A DNA stretch of 64,000 nucleotides, taken from assembly GCA_963789955.1 (NCBI GenBank), contig CAWBMV010000030.1, positions 44,412 to 108,411 of the forward strand, given 5' to 3'. The stretch is from an uncultured Candidatus Rokubacteria bacterium (GTDB lineage Bacteria > Methylomirabilota > Methylomirabilia > Rokubacteriales > CSP1-6). The notes beneath the pieces are model-generated. The model had not been told where the DNA came from and did no database searches. It worked only from the letters and a program-made list of their open reading frames with translations. Shown one piece after another: positions 33,250-42,901 of this stretch. Both the position numbers and the translations under genes were made by a program. Each line of letters begins with the position of its first letter. Position 1 is the first letter of the stretch.

Positions 33250-34362
33250 ATGCCAACGCAGTGGGAGTCGATCGCGAACGAGCACATCCTGGGCATCGCT
33301 CCGTACGAGCCAGGTAAGCCGATCGAGGAGCTCGAGCGCGAGCTCATGATCCACAATCCGATCAAGCTCGCCTCGAACGAGAACCCGCTCCCGCCCTCCG
33401 AGCGGGTGCAGAAGGCCATCATCGCCGCGCTCTCGTCGCTGAACCGGTATCCGGACGGGAGCGGCTTCTATCTGCGGCAGGCGCTGGCCAAGAAGCACGG
33501 GGTGATGCCCGACCAGATCGTGCTCGGCAACGGCTCGAACGAGCTCATCGAGCTCCTGGTGCGCACCTTCCTGCGCCCCGGCGACGAGGCGGTGGTGCCC
33601 CATCCGTCGTTCGTCGTGTACCCGATGATCGTCCAGGCCGCGGGCGGCGTGCGCGTGATGGTCATGCTGAAGGACTTCCGGCTGGATCTCGACGCGATGG
33701 CGCGGGCCCTCACGCCGATGACGAAGATCGTCTTCGTGGCGAATCCGAACAACCCGACGGCCACCATCGTCACCCGGGACGAAGTCGAGCACTTCATGGC
33801 CCGGGTGCCGGAGCGCACGATCGTCGTGTTCGACGAGGCGTACATCGAGTTCGCGATGGGCCCGGACTTCCCGGACATGATCGCCTCGGTCAAGCAGGGG
33901 CGGAAGGTGGTCGTCCTCCGCACGTTCTCGAAGGCGACGAGCCTCGCCGGCCTGCGGGTCGGCTACGGCGTCGCGGATGCCGACGCGATCGCCCTGATGA
34001 ATCGGATCCGCCAGCCCTTCAACGTGAACTCGCTGGCGCAGGCCGCCGCGCTCGCGGCCCTCGACGACGACGCGCACGTGCTCGAGTGCGTCCGGATGAT
34101 CGAGGCGGGCCGCCACTTCCTCTACGACGAGTTCAAGAGCATCGGGCTCTCGTACGTGCCCTCGCGCGCCAACTTCATCCTGGTCGACGTCGGCCGCAGC
34201 GCCGCCGACATCTACCAGAAGCTCCTGCACAAGGGCGTGATCGTGCGGCCGATGACGCCGTTCGGGCTCGAGACGGCGCTGCGCATCACCGTCGGGACGC
34301 CGGAAGAAAACCGCAAGCTCGTCAAGGCGCTCCGCGTGGTGCTGGGGAAGTCGCCCGCGTGA
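33250..34362 (+). CDS. hisC: Histidinol-phosphate aminotransferase
   Basis: KLASNENP, GNGSNE, NPNNPT, DEAY, RTFSK. Confidence 0.93.
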   Translation: MPTQWESIANEHILGIAPYEPGKPIEELERELMIHNPIKLASNENPLPPSERVQKAIIAALSSLNRYPDGSGFYLRQALAKKHGVMPDQIVLGNGSNELIELLVRTFLRPGDEAVVPHPSFVVYPMIVQAAGGVRVMVMLKDFRLDLDAMARALTPMTKIVFVANPNNPTATIVTRDEVEHFMARVPERTIVVFDEAYIEFAMGPDFPDMIASVKQGRKVVVLRTFSKATSLAGLRVGYGVADADAIALMNRIRQPFNVNSLAQAAALAALDDDAHVLECVRMIEAGRHFLYDEFKSIGLSYVPSRANFILVDVGRSAADIYQKLLHKGVIVRPMTPFGLETALRITVGTPEENRKLVKALRVVLGKSPA

Positions 34363-35207
34363 TCCGGCAGCTCTCGATCGTCGGTGTCGGCCTGCTCGGC
34401 GGCTCCGTGGCGAAGGCGGCGCGGTCGGGCGGGCTTGCTCGGCGTATTGTCGGTGTCGGGCGCGACCCGGAGCGGCTGCGCCCGGCCGTGGACGACGGGA
34501 CACTCGACACCGCGGTCACCGATCTCGACGCGGGCGTGCGCGAGGCGGACGTCATCCTGCTGGCCGCGCCGGTGCTGGCCATCGAAGGGCTCCTCGAGCG
34601 TGTATGGGGCGCGGCGGCGAACGGCGCGCTCATCACCGATGTCGGCTCGACCAAGCGCAACATCGTGCGCGCGGCCGAGCGCCTGGCCGTGACACGCCCG
34701 CTCGCGTTCGTCGGCAGCCATCCGCTCGCCGGCTCGGAGCAGGCCGGCTATCGCGTGGCGCGCGCCGATCTCTTCCGCGGCGCGACGGTGGTCGTGACCC
34801 CGACGGAGAAGACCGAGCTCGCGGCGCTCAAGACGACCACCGAGCTGTGGGAAGCCCTGGGCGCGCGCGTGACGTCGCTCGATCCCGAGACGCACGACCG
34901 GACCGTCGCGGCGATCAGCCATCTGCCGCATCTGATCGCGTGCGCGCTGGTCGACGGCGCGGGCCGCGTCGAGCCCGGCGCGCTCGAGCTCGCCGCGCGC
35001 GGCTTCCGGGACACGACGCGCATCGCCGGCGGGGATCCGGACATGTGGACCGAGATCTTCCTGGCGAATCGCGACGCGCTGACCGCCGGCATCGAGGCGT
35101 TCCGCCAGGCGCTCGGCGACCTCCAGCGCGTCATCGACGCAGGCCGCGCCGACGCGCTCAGAGCGGAGCTGGCGCGGATCAAGGCGATTCGGGAGCAGCT
35201 GCGGTGA
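34359..35207 (+). CDS. tyrA: Prephenate/arogenate dehydrogenase
   Basis: GVGLLGGS, TDVGSTK, HPLAGSE, SHLPH, FRDTTRIA. Confidence 0.9.
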   Translation: MIRQLSIVGVGLLGGSVAKAARSGGLARRIVGVGRDPERLRPAVDDGTLDTAVTDLDAGVREADVILLAAPVLAIEGLLERVWGAAANGALITDVGSTKRNIVRAAERLAVTRPLAFVGSHPLAGSEQAGYRVARADLFRGATVVVTPTEKTELAALKTTTELWEALGARVTSLDPETHDRTVAAISHLPHLIACALVDGAGRVEPGALELAARGFRDTTRIAGGDPDMWTEIFLANRDALTAGIEAFRQALGDLQRVIDAGRADALRAELARIKAIREQLR

Positions 35208-35880
35208 TGCCGCGAAAGAATCCGGTCATCACGATCGACGGTCCGGCCGGGGCCGGCAAGAGCACGGCGGCTCGAATGCTGGCCGAGCGGCTCGGCTACA
35301 CGCTGATTCCCACCGGCGCCATGTACCGCGCCCTGGCCCTCAGCGTGATGCGGGCCCGCGTCCCGGTGCGCGAGAGTGCGGAGCTCCGCGCGCATCTGGC
35401 GCCGCTCTCGATCGTGGTCGCGGCCGGCCACGTCTACCTCGACGGCGAGGACGTGACCGAGGCGATCCGGAGCCGCGAGGTCGCGCAGGTCACGTCCGAT
35501 GTGACGACCTTGGCCTCGGTGCGCGCCAAGGTCACGCCGCTGCAGCGACAGCTCGCGGCCGACGGCGGCGTCGTCCTCGAGGGCCGCGACACCGGCACGG
35601 TCGTGTGTCCGGACGCCGAGGTGAAGTTCTACCTCACCGCCTCGCTCGACGCGCGCGCGCGGCGACGCCAGGCCGAGCTCGCGGCGTCGGGGACACCGGT
35701 GCCGCTGGCGGCGATCACGAGCGAGCTCGCGGCGCGCGACAAGCAGGACGAGACGCGTGAGCTGGCGCCGCTGCGCAAGCCCGACGGCGCGATCGAGCTC
35801 GATACGTCCGGCCTCACCGCGGATCAGGTGGTCGAGCGTCTGATGGCGGCGATCGAGCATCATAAGAACGGCCGGCGGCG
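35207..35880 (+). CDS. cmk: Cytidylate kinase (no stop at the domain end; end approximate, probably fused to plsC)
   Basis: ITIDGPAGAGKST, TGAMYRA, EGRDTGTVVCP, RDKQDETR. Confidence 0.9.
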
Positions 35881-35900
35881 CGACGACTCCGTGGAATCGG

Positions 35901-36569
35901 TTGTATGCTGCCTGCAAGGTCCCGACGCTCGCGTTCATGCGCCTCATGTTCCGGCTCGAGGCGATCGGGGTGGAGAACATCCCCGCGCACGGGTCGGTGC
36001 TGATGGTGGCGAACCACTCGAGCGTGCTCGACCCGCCGCTCATCGGTAGCGCCTCGGATCGGCAGCTGACGTACCTGGCCAAGGCGGAGCTCTTCAAGAT
36101 CCCGCTGTTCGGCGCGCTGATCCATGGGCTCAACGCGCGTCCGGTCCGCCGCGAAGGCGCCGATGCCGGCGCGCTCAGGACCGCCAAGCGCGTGCTCGAG
36201 GAAGGCGGCGCGCTGCTCGTGTTCCCGGAGGGAACGCGCGGCGAGGAGGGCGTCATTCGGCCCGCCAAGCCGGGTGCGGGCCTGCTCGCGGTATCGTGCG
36301 GCGCCGCGGTCGTGCCGGTCTACGTGAGCGGTTCGGGTCGGGCGTGGCCGAAGGGGCGCCGCTTGCCGCGCCGCGCGAAGGTGACGGTGACGTTCGGCAA
36401 GCCGCTCCGGTTCGAGGCCGCCCGGGGGGCGGATCGCAAGGCCCAGTACGAGGTTGCGAGTCGTCAGATGATGGACGCCATTTCGCGCCTCCGGAACGGT
36501 ATCATTGCCGGCACCGGCCAGGGCCGGCCGGGGTCGGTTCGAGTCGTAGGCAGTAGCTCGGGCAAATAA
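35901..36569 (+). CDS. plsC: 1-acyl-sn-glycerol-3-phosphate acyltransferase
   Basis: ANHSSVLDP, AKAELF, FPEGTR. Confidence 0.88.
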   Translation: MYAACKVPTLAFMRLMFRLEAIGVENIPAHGSVLMVANHSSVLDPPLIGSASDRQLTYLAKAELFKIPLFGALIHGLNARPVRREGADAGALRTAKRVLEEGGALLVFPEGTRGEEGVIRPAKPGAGLLAVSCGAAVVPVYVSGSGRAWPKGRRLPRRAKVTVTFGKPLRFEAARGADRKAQYEVASRQMMDAISRLRNGIIAGTGQGRPGSVRVVGSSSGK

Positions 36570-36591
36570 AATGACTGGAGGAACGGGCGGT

Positions 36592-38319
36592 ATGAAGAAG
36601 GACGAACCACGGCAGCAACTCGGCGGACCGCGTTTGGAGGGCGGTGAGGCAGCCGAGGAACGCATGGAGGATTGGTACGAGAGCGGCGTGACCGAGTTCG
36701 AGGAAGGCGAGGTGGTCCGCGGTCGCGTGGTCCACATCGGCTCGAGCGAGGTCCTCGTCGACGTCGGCTACAAGAGCGAAGGGGCGATCCCCATCGAGGA
36801 GTTCCACCGCCACGGCAGCCTGCCGAAGGTGGGCGAGGAGATCGAGGTCTACCTCGAGGCCAAGGAAGACTCCGAAGGGCTCATCGTCCTCTCGAAGGAC
36901 AAGGCCGACAAGATCAAGGTCTGGGACGCGATCACCCAGGCGTACGAAAAGGGCGCACCGGTCGAGGGCCGCGTCGTCGAGGTCGTCAAGGGCGGTCTCG
37001 CCGTCGACGTCGGCGTCAAGGCGTTCCTGCCGGGCTCCCAGGTGGATCTCCGGCCGGTGAAGAACCTCGCCTCGATGGTGGGCCAGACGATCCGCTCCAA
37101 GGTGATCAAGCTCAACCGGCGCCGCGGCAACGTCGTGCTCTCGCGCCGGTCGGTGCTCGAGGAGGAGCGTGAGGAGAAGAAGAAGCACACGCTCCAGGTC
37201 CTGTCCGAAGGCATGGTGCTCACGGGCACCGTCAAGAACATCACCGACTACGGTGCGTTCATCGACCTCGGCGGGATCGACGGCCTCCTGCACGTGACCG
37301 ACATGAGCTGGGGCCGCGTGGGGCACCCTTCCGAGATCTTCCAGGTCGGCGACCAGGTCGAGGTCGTGGTGCTCCACTTCGACCGCGAGACCGGGCGGGT
37401 GTCGCTCGGCTACAAGCAGAAGTCGTCGGATCCGTGGGAGCGGGTCGAGAAGACGTACGCGGCCGGCACCAAGACCAAGGGCAAGGTCGTCAGCCTGACC
37501 AACTACGGCGCCTTCATCGAGCTCGAGCCCGGCGTCGAAGGGCTCGTGCACGTGTCGGAGATGTCGTGGACCCGGCGCGTGCGACATCCGTCGAAGCTCG
37601 TCAACGTCGGCGACGAGGTCGACGTGATCGTGCTCGACGTGAATCGTGCCGCCAAGCGGATCTCGCTCGGCATGAAGCAGGTCGAGCCCGATCCGTGGGC
37701 GACGATCGAGCAGCGCTACAAGCCGGGCGCGCGGATGCTCGGCCGCGTGCGGAACCTCACCGACTTCGGCGCGTTCATCGAGCTCGAGCCCGGGGTCGAC
37801 GGGCTCCTGCACATCTCGGACATGTCCTGGACCCGCAACGTGGGGCACCCTTCGGAGATCCTCAAGAAGGGCCAGGAGATCGAGACGCAGATCCTGAATC
37901 TCGACCGCGACAACAAGCGGATCTCGCTCGGGCTCAAGCAGATCCAGCCCGACCCGTGGACGACGGTCGCGAGCCGGTACCCGATGGGCTCACGGGTGAC
38001 GGGCAAGATCGTCCGCCTCACCGACTTCGGCGCGTTCGTCGAGCTGGAGGCCGGTGTGGACGGGCTGCTCCACATCTCGCAGATGTCGAATCGTCCGATC
38101 GGGCGCCCCGACGAGCTCGTCAGCGTCGGCGACGAGCTGACCTTGCTGGTCATCCGCGTGGACGCGAACGAGCGGCGCATCGGCCTCTCCCTCAAGGAGC
38201 TGGCCCACGCCATCGAGCCGCCGAAGGAAATGGAAGGTGAGCGTGGCGGCGGGCGTCGCGGCCAACAAGGCCGGCGCGGCAAGCACCGTGACGACTACGA
38301 CGACGACGACGAGGAATAG
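36592..38319 (+). CDS. rpsA: 30S ribosomal protein S1
   Basis: Six S1 domains (VDVGYKSEG, AFLPGSQVD, repeated DGLLHV/ISDMSW); GGAGG upstream of ATG 36592 (alternative start 36571). Confidence 0.97.
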   Translation: MKKDEPRQQLGGPRLEGGEAAEERMEDWYESGVTEFEEGEVVRGRVVHIGSSEVLVDVGYKSEGAIPIEEFHRHGSLPKVGEEIEVYLEAKEDSEGLIVLSKDKADKIKVWDAITQAYEKGAPVEGRVVEVVKGGLAVDVGVKAFLPGSQVDLRPVKNLASMVGQTIRSKVIKLNRRRGNVVLSRRSVLEEEREEKKKHTLQVLSEGMVLTGTVKNITDYGAFIDLGGIDGLLHVTDMSWGRVGHPSEIFQVGDQVEVVVLHFDRETGRVSLGYKQKSSDPWERVEKTYAAGTKTKGKVVSLTNYGAFIELEPGVEGLVHVSEMSWTRRVRHPSKLVNVGDEVDVIVLDVNRAAKRISLGMKQVEPDPWATIEQRYKPGARMLGRVRNLTDFGAFIELEPGVDGLLHISDMSWTRNVGHPSEILKKGQEIETQILNLDRDNKRISLGLKQIQPDPWTTVASRYPMGSRVTGKIVRLTDFGAFVELEAGVDGLLHISQMSNRPIGRPDELVSVGDELTLLVIRVDANERRIGLSLKELAHAIEPPKEMEGERGGGRRGQQGRRGKHRDDYDDDDEE

Positions 38320-39208
38320 ACCGGCCCGCCGGCGCACGATCCTTCTCGCCGCGCTGGCGATCTACTTCGCAGTCGCCATCCTGTTCGTCGTCGCCCTGTC
38401 GGCGGGTCTCGCGCCGGCGGGCGGCGGCGGCGCGGTCTTCGGCGCACGGGTGGCCATCGTCGAGCTCGAGGGGACCATCGTCGATGTCGACGACGTGCTC
38501 CGCGAGCTGAAATCGTACCGCGACAATCCCCAGGTCAAGGCCGTGGTGCTCCGCATCAACAGTCCGGGCGGCGTCGTCGGTCCGACCCAGGAGCTGCACG
38601 CGGCCGTCATGCGGCTGCGCGAGTCCGGAAAGCCCGTGGTGGCCTCGCTGGGCGCGGTCGCGGCGTCCGGCGGGTACTACGTCGCGGTGGCGGCCGACAA
38701 GATCTACGCCAACCCGGGCACCCTCACCGGATCGATCGGCGTGATCTTCCAGCTCCCCAACCTGGACGGTCTCATGAAGAAGGTGGGAGTCGACTACGTG
38801 GTCGTGAAGGCCGGCCGGTACAAGGACATCGGCAACATCGCCCGGCCGATGACGGCCGAGGAACAGCGGATATTGCAGTCGTTGCTCGACGACGTGCACG
38901 CGCAGTTCATCTCGGCGGTGGCGACCGGCCGCAAGCTCGACCGCGCTCAGGTCCTGGGCTTTGCCGACGGACGGATCGTGTCGGGCGCTCAGGCGAAAGA
39001 CTTGAAGATGATCGACGCCCTCGGCGGCCTCGAGGAAGCGCTCGACGGTGCGGCCGCGCTCGCCGGTCTTCCGCGGCCTCCCAAGGTCGTCGGGCCGCAT
39101 CGGAAGCTCTCGATCATGGACCTCCTGCGTAACCAGCTCGACCTCAGGGGGTGGACGGGTGTCGCGCCGTTGTCGCTCATGAAGACCCCTCTCTACCTGA
39201 TGGATTGA
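38288..39208 (+). CDS. sppA: Signal peptide peptidase SppA (S49)
   Basis: LRINSPGG, AASGGYY, TGSIGV, YKDIG, DGR; start uncertain, overlaps the rpsA tail. Confidence 0.88.
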   Translation: MTTTTTTTRNRPARRRTILLAALAIYFAVAILFVVALSAGLAPAGGGGAVFGARVAIVELEGTIVDVDDVLRELKSYRDNPQVKAVVLRINSPGGVVGPTQELHAAVMRLRESGKPVVASLGAVAASGGYYVAVAADKIYANPGTLTGSIGVIFQLPNLDGLMKKVGVDYVVVKAGRYKDIGNIARPMTAEEQRILQSLLDDVHAQFISAVATGRKLDRAQVLGFADGRIVSGAQAKDLKMIDALGGLEEALDGAAALAGLPRPPKVVGPHRKLSIMDLLRNQLDLRGWTGVAPLSLMKTPLYLMD

Positions 39209-39490
39209 GAGTCACGATTCCCCACGAATACTCAAGCTGGGTCGAAGGCATCGTGTCTCAAGACGCTTCCGTATAAAGCGAAATATGTGATCATCCAGCC
39301 TCGGCTCCCCGGGCGCCCGGCGGCCAACACAGCGTGGCTGCGAACTTTCTCGTTCCGACCAGCGATATTTCTGCGGTAACCTGGCAGTGGTCGCTAAATG
39401 CTTACGACGGTGGACATTATTGTGTGCAGCGTGCTAACTTGCTATGGAGTTCGAGCCAAGGTCACCCCCGAATTGGGACGGGAGTAGACG

Positions 39491-39766
39491 ATGACGAAAG
39501 CCGACCTGATCGACGAAGTCTCGAAGATCTCGAGCCTGACCAAGAAAGAGACGGAAACGATCGTCAACACGATCTTCGACAACATCACCGACGCATTGTC
39601 GAAGGGCGACAAGGTCGAGCTTCGAGGCTTCGGGAGCTTCCGGATCCGTCACCGGAACTCGCGAAAGGGCCGCAATCCCAAGACGGGATCGAGCGTGGAC
39701 GTCCCGCAGAAGCGGGTGCCCTTCTTCAAGGTAGGAAAGCGGCTGCGCGAGCTCGTCAACGGCTGA
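39491..39766 (+). CDS. ihfB: Integration host factor beta / HU-family protein
   Basis: MTKADLI, VELRGFGSF, GRNPKTG, PFFKVGK; downstream of rpsA-sppA. Confidence 0.85.
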   Translation: MTKADLIDEVSKISSLTKKETETIVNTIFDNITDALSKGDKVELRGFGSFRIRHRNSRKGRNPKTGSSVDVPQKRVPFFKVGKRLRELVNG

Positions 39767-39782
39767 GGCTCCTCCAGGCGGT

Positions 39783-40265
39783 GTGAATCGCCTCTGGGCG
39801 CCTTGGCGCATGTCCTATATCACCGGCCCCAAGACCTCCGGCGGGTGCGTGTTCTGTGACGCCCTCTCCGGATCGGACGACCGAAAGAGCCTCCTGCTCG
39901 CCCGCCGAGACCAGGCGTTCCTGATCCTGAATCGCTATCCGTATGCGGCCGGCCATCTCATGGCCGTGATCAACCGGCACGTCGGGACATTACCCGAGGC
40001 GGCGACCGGCGAGATGACCGGCGCGATGGAGCTGGTCTCGCTGGCGATCTCGATCCTCTCGGCCGAGTACCGGCCCGAGGGCTTCAACGTCGGCCTCAAT
40101 CAAGGCCGCGTCGCCGGCGCCGGCATCGTCGACCATCTGCACATCCACGTCGTCCCCCGCTGGAACGGCGACAACGCCTTCATCTCGGTCGTGGGCGACA
40201 CACGCGTCCTCCCGGAGGCGCTCGAAACGACGTACGATCGCCTCAAGGGCCGGCTCGGTGACTGA
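39783..40265 (+). CDS. HIT-family hydrolase
   Basis: LWAPWR, CVFC, NRYPY, HLHIHVVPRW. Confidence 0.9.
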   Translation: MNRLWAPWRMSYITGPKTSGGCVFCDALSGSDDRKSLLLARRDQAFLILNRYPYAAGHLMAVINRHVGTLPEAATGEMTGAMELVSLAISILSAEYRPEGFNVGLNQGRVAGAGIVDHLHIHVVPRWNGDNAFISVVGDTRVLPEALETTYDRLKGRLGD

Positions 40266-42825
40266 TCGCGACGACCTCACGCCGATGATGCGGCAGTACC
40301 GCGACCTCAAGCGGCGCTACCCGGATCACGTCCTGCTCTTTCGCCTGGGCGATTTCTACGAGACCTTCTTCGAGGACGCCGAGCTCGCGGCCCGACTGCT
40401 CCAGATCACCCTGACCGCCCGTCAAGGCGCGCCGATGGCGGGGATTCCCCACCACGCGTCCGACGGCTACATCGCCCGGTTGGTGCGCGCGGGCCAGAAA
40501 ATCGCGGTGTGCGAGCAGCTCGAGGCGCCCGAGCGCGAGAAGAAGCTCCTGCGCCGCGACGTCGTACGGATCATCACGCCGGGCACCTTGACGGACACCG
40601 CCTACCTCGAAGGCGCGGCGAACAACTTCCTCATGGCGGTGATCGCCGGCCGCGATTCGACGGGCGTGGCGCTGGTCGATGTCTCGACCGGCGAGTTCTG
40701 GGCCGGCGAGGACGCAGGGAAAGGGACCGAGGTCCTGGCGACGGCGCTCCTGCGGCGCCCCGCGGAGATCCTGGTGCCCGACTCCGTGCGCGCCGACCCG
40801 GCCTTCCTGGCGCGCCTGCAGGCCACGGGCGCGGCCCTGACCTTTTGCGACCCGCAGACCTTTGCGCCCCGCCGCGCCTCCGCGGACCTCTGCGCCCACT
40901 TCCGCGTGGAGTCGCTCGCCGCGTTCGGCGTGGGCGATCTCACGGCCGGACTCGGCGCCGCCGCGGCGGCGCTCGCGTATCTGCGCGCGACGCAGGGCGA
41001 CGCGCTCGGCCATCTGACGCGCCTGCAGCGACTGACGGCCGCCGACGCCATGGTGCTCGACGAGACCGCCGTCGTGACGCTCGAGCTCTTGAGCTCGAGC
41101 GCGGGAAGCGTCCGCGAGTCGCTGTTCGGTGTGCTCGACGCCACCGTCACGCCCATGGGCGCGCGCCTCCTGCGCCAGTGGCTCCTGCGGCCGCTCCTCG
41201 ATCCGCGGGTGATCGCTGCACGTCAGGACGCGGTCGGAGCCCTCGTCGAGGCGCCGGCCGAGCGCTCGAAGCTCTCCACACTCCTGCGTCGCATCGGCGA
41301 CGTCGAGCGTCTGACGAGCCGCGCGACCCTGGGGCAAGCGCACGCTCGCGATCTCGTCGGTCTGCGCGGATGTCTGGCGCCGCTCCAGGACATCCGTCGG
41401 CTCGCGGCGTCGATCGCAGCACCGGCGATCGCCGAGGCGGCCGGTGATCTGGCGCAGCTCGACGACCTCCACGACTTCCTGATGTCGGCGCTCGAGGACG
41501 AGCCGCCCCTGGTGCTCCGCGACGGCGGGATCATCCGCGAGAGCTGGCATGCCGAGCTCGGCGCGATCGTGCGCGACGCGCGCGAGGCCCGGGCGTGGAT
41601 CGCCGGGCTCGAGGAGCGCGAGCGGGCGCGCACCGGCATCTCCAGTCTTCGCGTACGCTTCAACCGGGTGTTCGGCTACGGCATCGAGGTGACGCATGCG
41701 CAGACCGCGCGCGTACCCGCGGAGTACGTGCGCCGCCAGACGCTGTCGGGAGCCGAGCGGTATGTGACGCCCGAGCTGAAGGAGTACGAGGCGAAGGTGC
41801 TCGGCGCCGACGAGCGGCGCCGGCGGCTCGAGTACGAGCTGTTCGAAGAGGTACGCCGGCGCGTGGCGGCACGCGCCGAAGACCTCATGACGACCGCGCG
41901 CGCGCTGGCGCGGCTCGACGTCTTCGCGTCGCTCGCGGAGGTGGCGCACACCCGCGGCCACGTTCGGCCGATCGTGGACCAGGGCGACGCGCTGGCGATC
42001 GTCGAGGGCCGCCACCCCGTGCTCGAGGCGCGGGCGGGAAGCCCGGTGACGCCCAACGACCTGGCGCTCGACCACGACGCGCGGATCGTGATCCTCACCG
42101 GCCCGAACATGTCCGGGAAGTCCGTCTACCTGCGGCAGACCGGCCACATCGCGATCATGGCGCAGATCGGCGCCTTCGTGCCCGCGCGCGAGGCGCGCAT
42201 CGGCGTGGTCGATCGCGTGTTCACGCGCGTCGGCGCGCAGGACAACCTGGCGCGCGGCCAGAGCACGTTCCTCGTCGAGATGATCGAGACCGCGACGATC
42301 CTGAACAACGTGACCCCGCGGAGCCTGGTGCTGCTCGACGAGGTCGGCCGGGGGACCTCGACGTTCGACGGTCTCGCGATCGCGTGGGCCGTGGTGGAAG
42401 CCCTGCACGACCGCGGACACGGCGCGAAGGTGCTGTTCGCGACTCACTTCCACGAGCTGACGCGCCTGGCGGGGCGTCTGGGCGGCGTGCGGAACTTCCA
42501 CGTCGCGGTCCGCGAGTGGAACGACGAGATCGTGTTCCTGCACAAAGTGCAGCCCGGCGGCACCGACCGGAGCTACGGCATCCAGGTCGCGCGGCTCGCG
42601 GGCCTGCCCGCGACCGTCGTCGCGCGCTCGAAGGCGCTCCTGGCCGAGCTCGAGGAGGCGGGCCAGCTTCGGAGCGACGCGAGCGACGCCGTGCAGCTCG
42701 GCCTCTTCGCTCCCGCGGCGCCCGATCCGGTGCTGATCGAGCTGGCGAGCCTCGACCTCGCGCATTTGACGCCGCTCGAGGCGCTGAACATGCTGGCGAA
42801 ATGGCAGGACCAACGGAAACGGTGA
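40258..42825 (+). CDS. mutS: DNA mismatch repair protein MutS
   Basis: TPMMRQY, GDFYE, TGPNMSGKS, STFLVEM, DEVGRGTST, ATHFHEL. Confidence 0.97.
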   Translation: MTDRDDLTPMMRQYRDLKRRYPDHVLLFRLGDFYETFFEDAELAARLLQITLTARQGAPMAGIPHHASDGYIARLVRAGQKIAVCEQLEAPEREKKLLRRDVVRIITPGTLTDTAYLEGAANNFLMAVIAGRDSTGVALVDVSTGEFWAGEDAGKGTEVLATALLRRPAEILVPDSVRADPAFLARLQATGAALTFCDPQTFAPRRASADLCAHFRVESLAAFGVGDLTAGLGAAAAALAYLRATQGDALGHLTRLQRLTAADAMVLDETAVVTLELLSSSAGSVRESLFGVLDATVTPMGARLLRQWLLRPLLDPRVIAARQDAVGALVEAPAERSKLSTLLRRIGDVERLTSRATLGQAHARDLVGLRGCLAPLQDIRRLAASIAAPAIAEAAGDLAQLDDLHDFLMSALEDEPPLVLRDGGIIRESWHAELGAIVRDAREARAWIAGLEERERARTGISSLRVRFNRVFGYGIEVTHAQTARVPAEYVRRQTLSGAERYVTPELKEYEAKVLGADERRRRLEYELFEEVRRRVAARAEDLMTTARALARLDVFASLAEVAHTRGHVRPIVDQGDALAIVEGRHPVLEARAGSPVTPNDLALDHDARIVILTGPNMSGKSVYLRQTGHIAIMAQIGAFVPAREARIGVVDRVFTRVGAQDNLARGQSTFLVEMIETATILNNVTPRSLVLLDEVGRGTSTFDGLAIAWAVVEALHDRGHGAKVLFATHFHELTRLAGRLGGVRNFHVAVREWNDEIVFLHKVQPGGTDRSYGIQVARLAGLPATVVARSKALLAELEEAGQLRSDASDAVQLGLFAPAAPDPVLIELASLDLAHLTPLEALNMLAKWQDQRKR

Positions 42826-42855
42826 GGACGGGCGTGTCGGAGCCACACGCTTCTG

Positions 42856-42890
42856 TCTCAGGCCACCCTCGGCCCAAGCCGGCCTCAAGG
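42856..42890. repeat. Dispersed 35-bp intergenic repeat, copy 2
   Basis: TCTCAGGCCACCCTCGGCCCAAGCCGGCCTCAAGG; matches 24026-24060. Confidence 0.9.
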
Positions 42891-42901
42891 TCCCCGCTAC
42901 A

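Noticed and set aside
38288..38319. GAC/ACG trinucleotide run as a contingency repeat
   Set aside because: Explained by the acidic RpsA tail (DDYDDDDEE) overlapping the SppA N-terminus.
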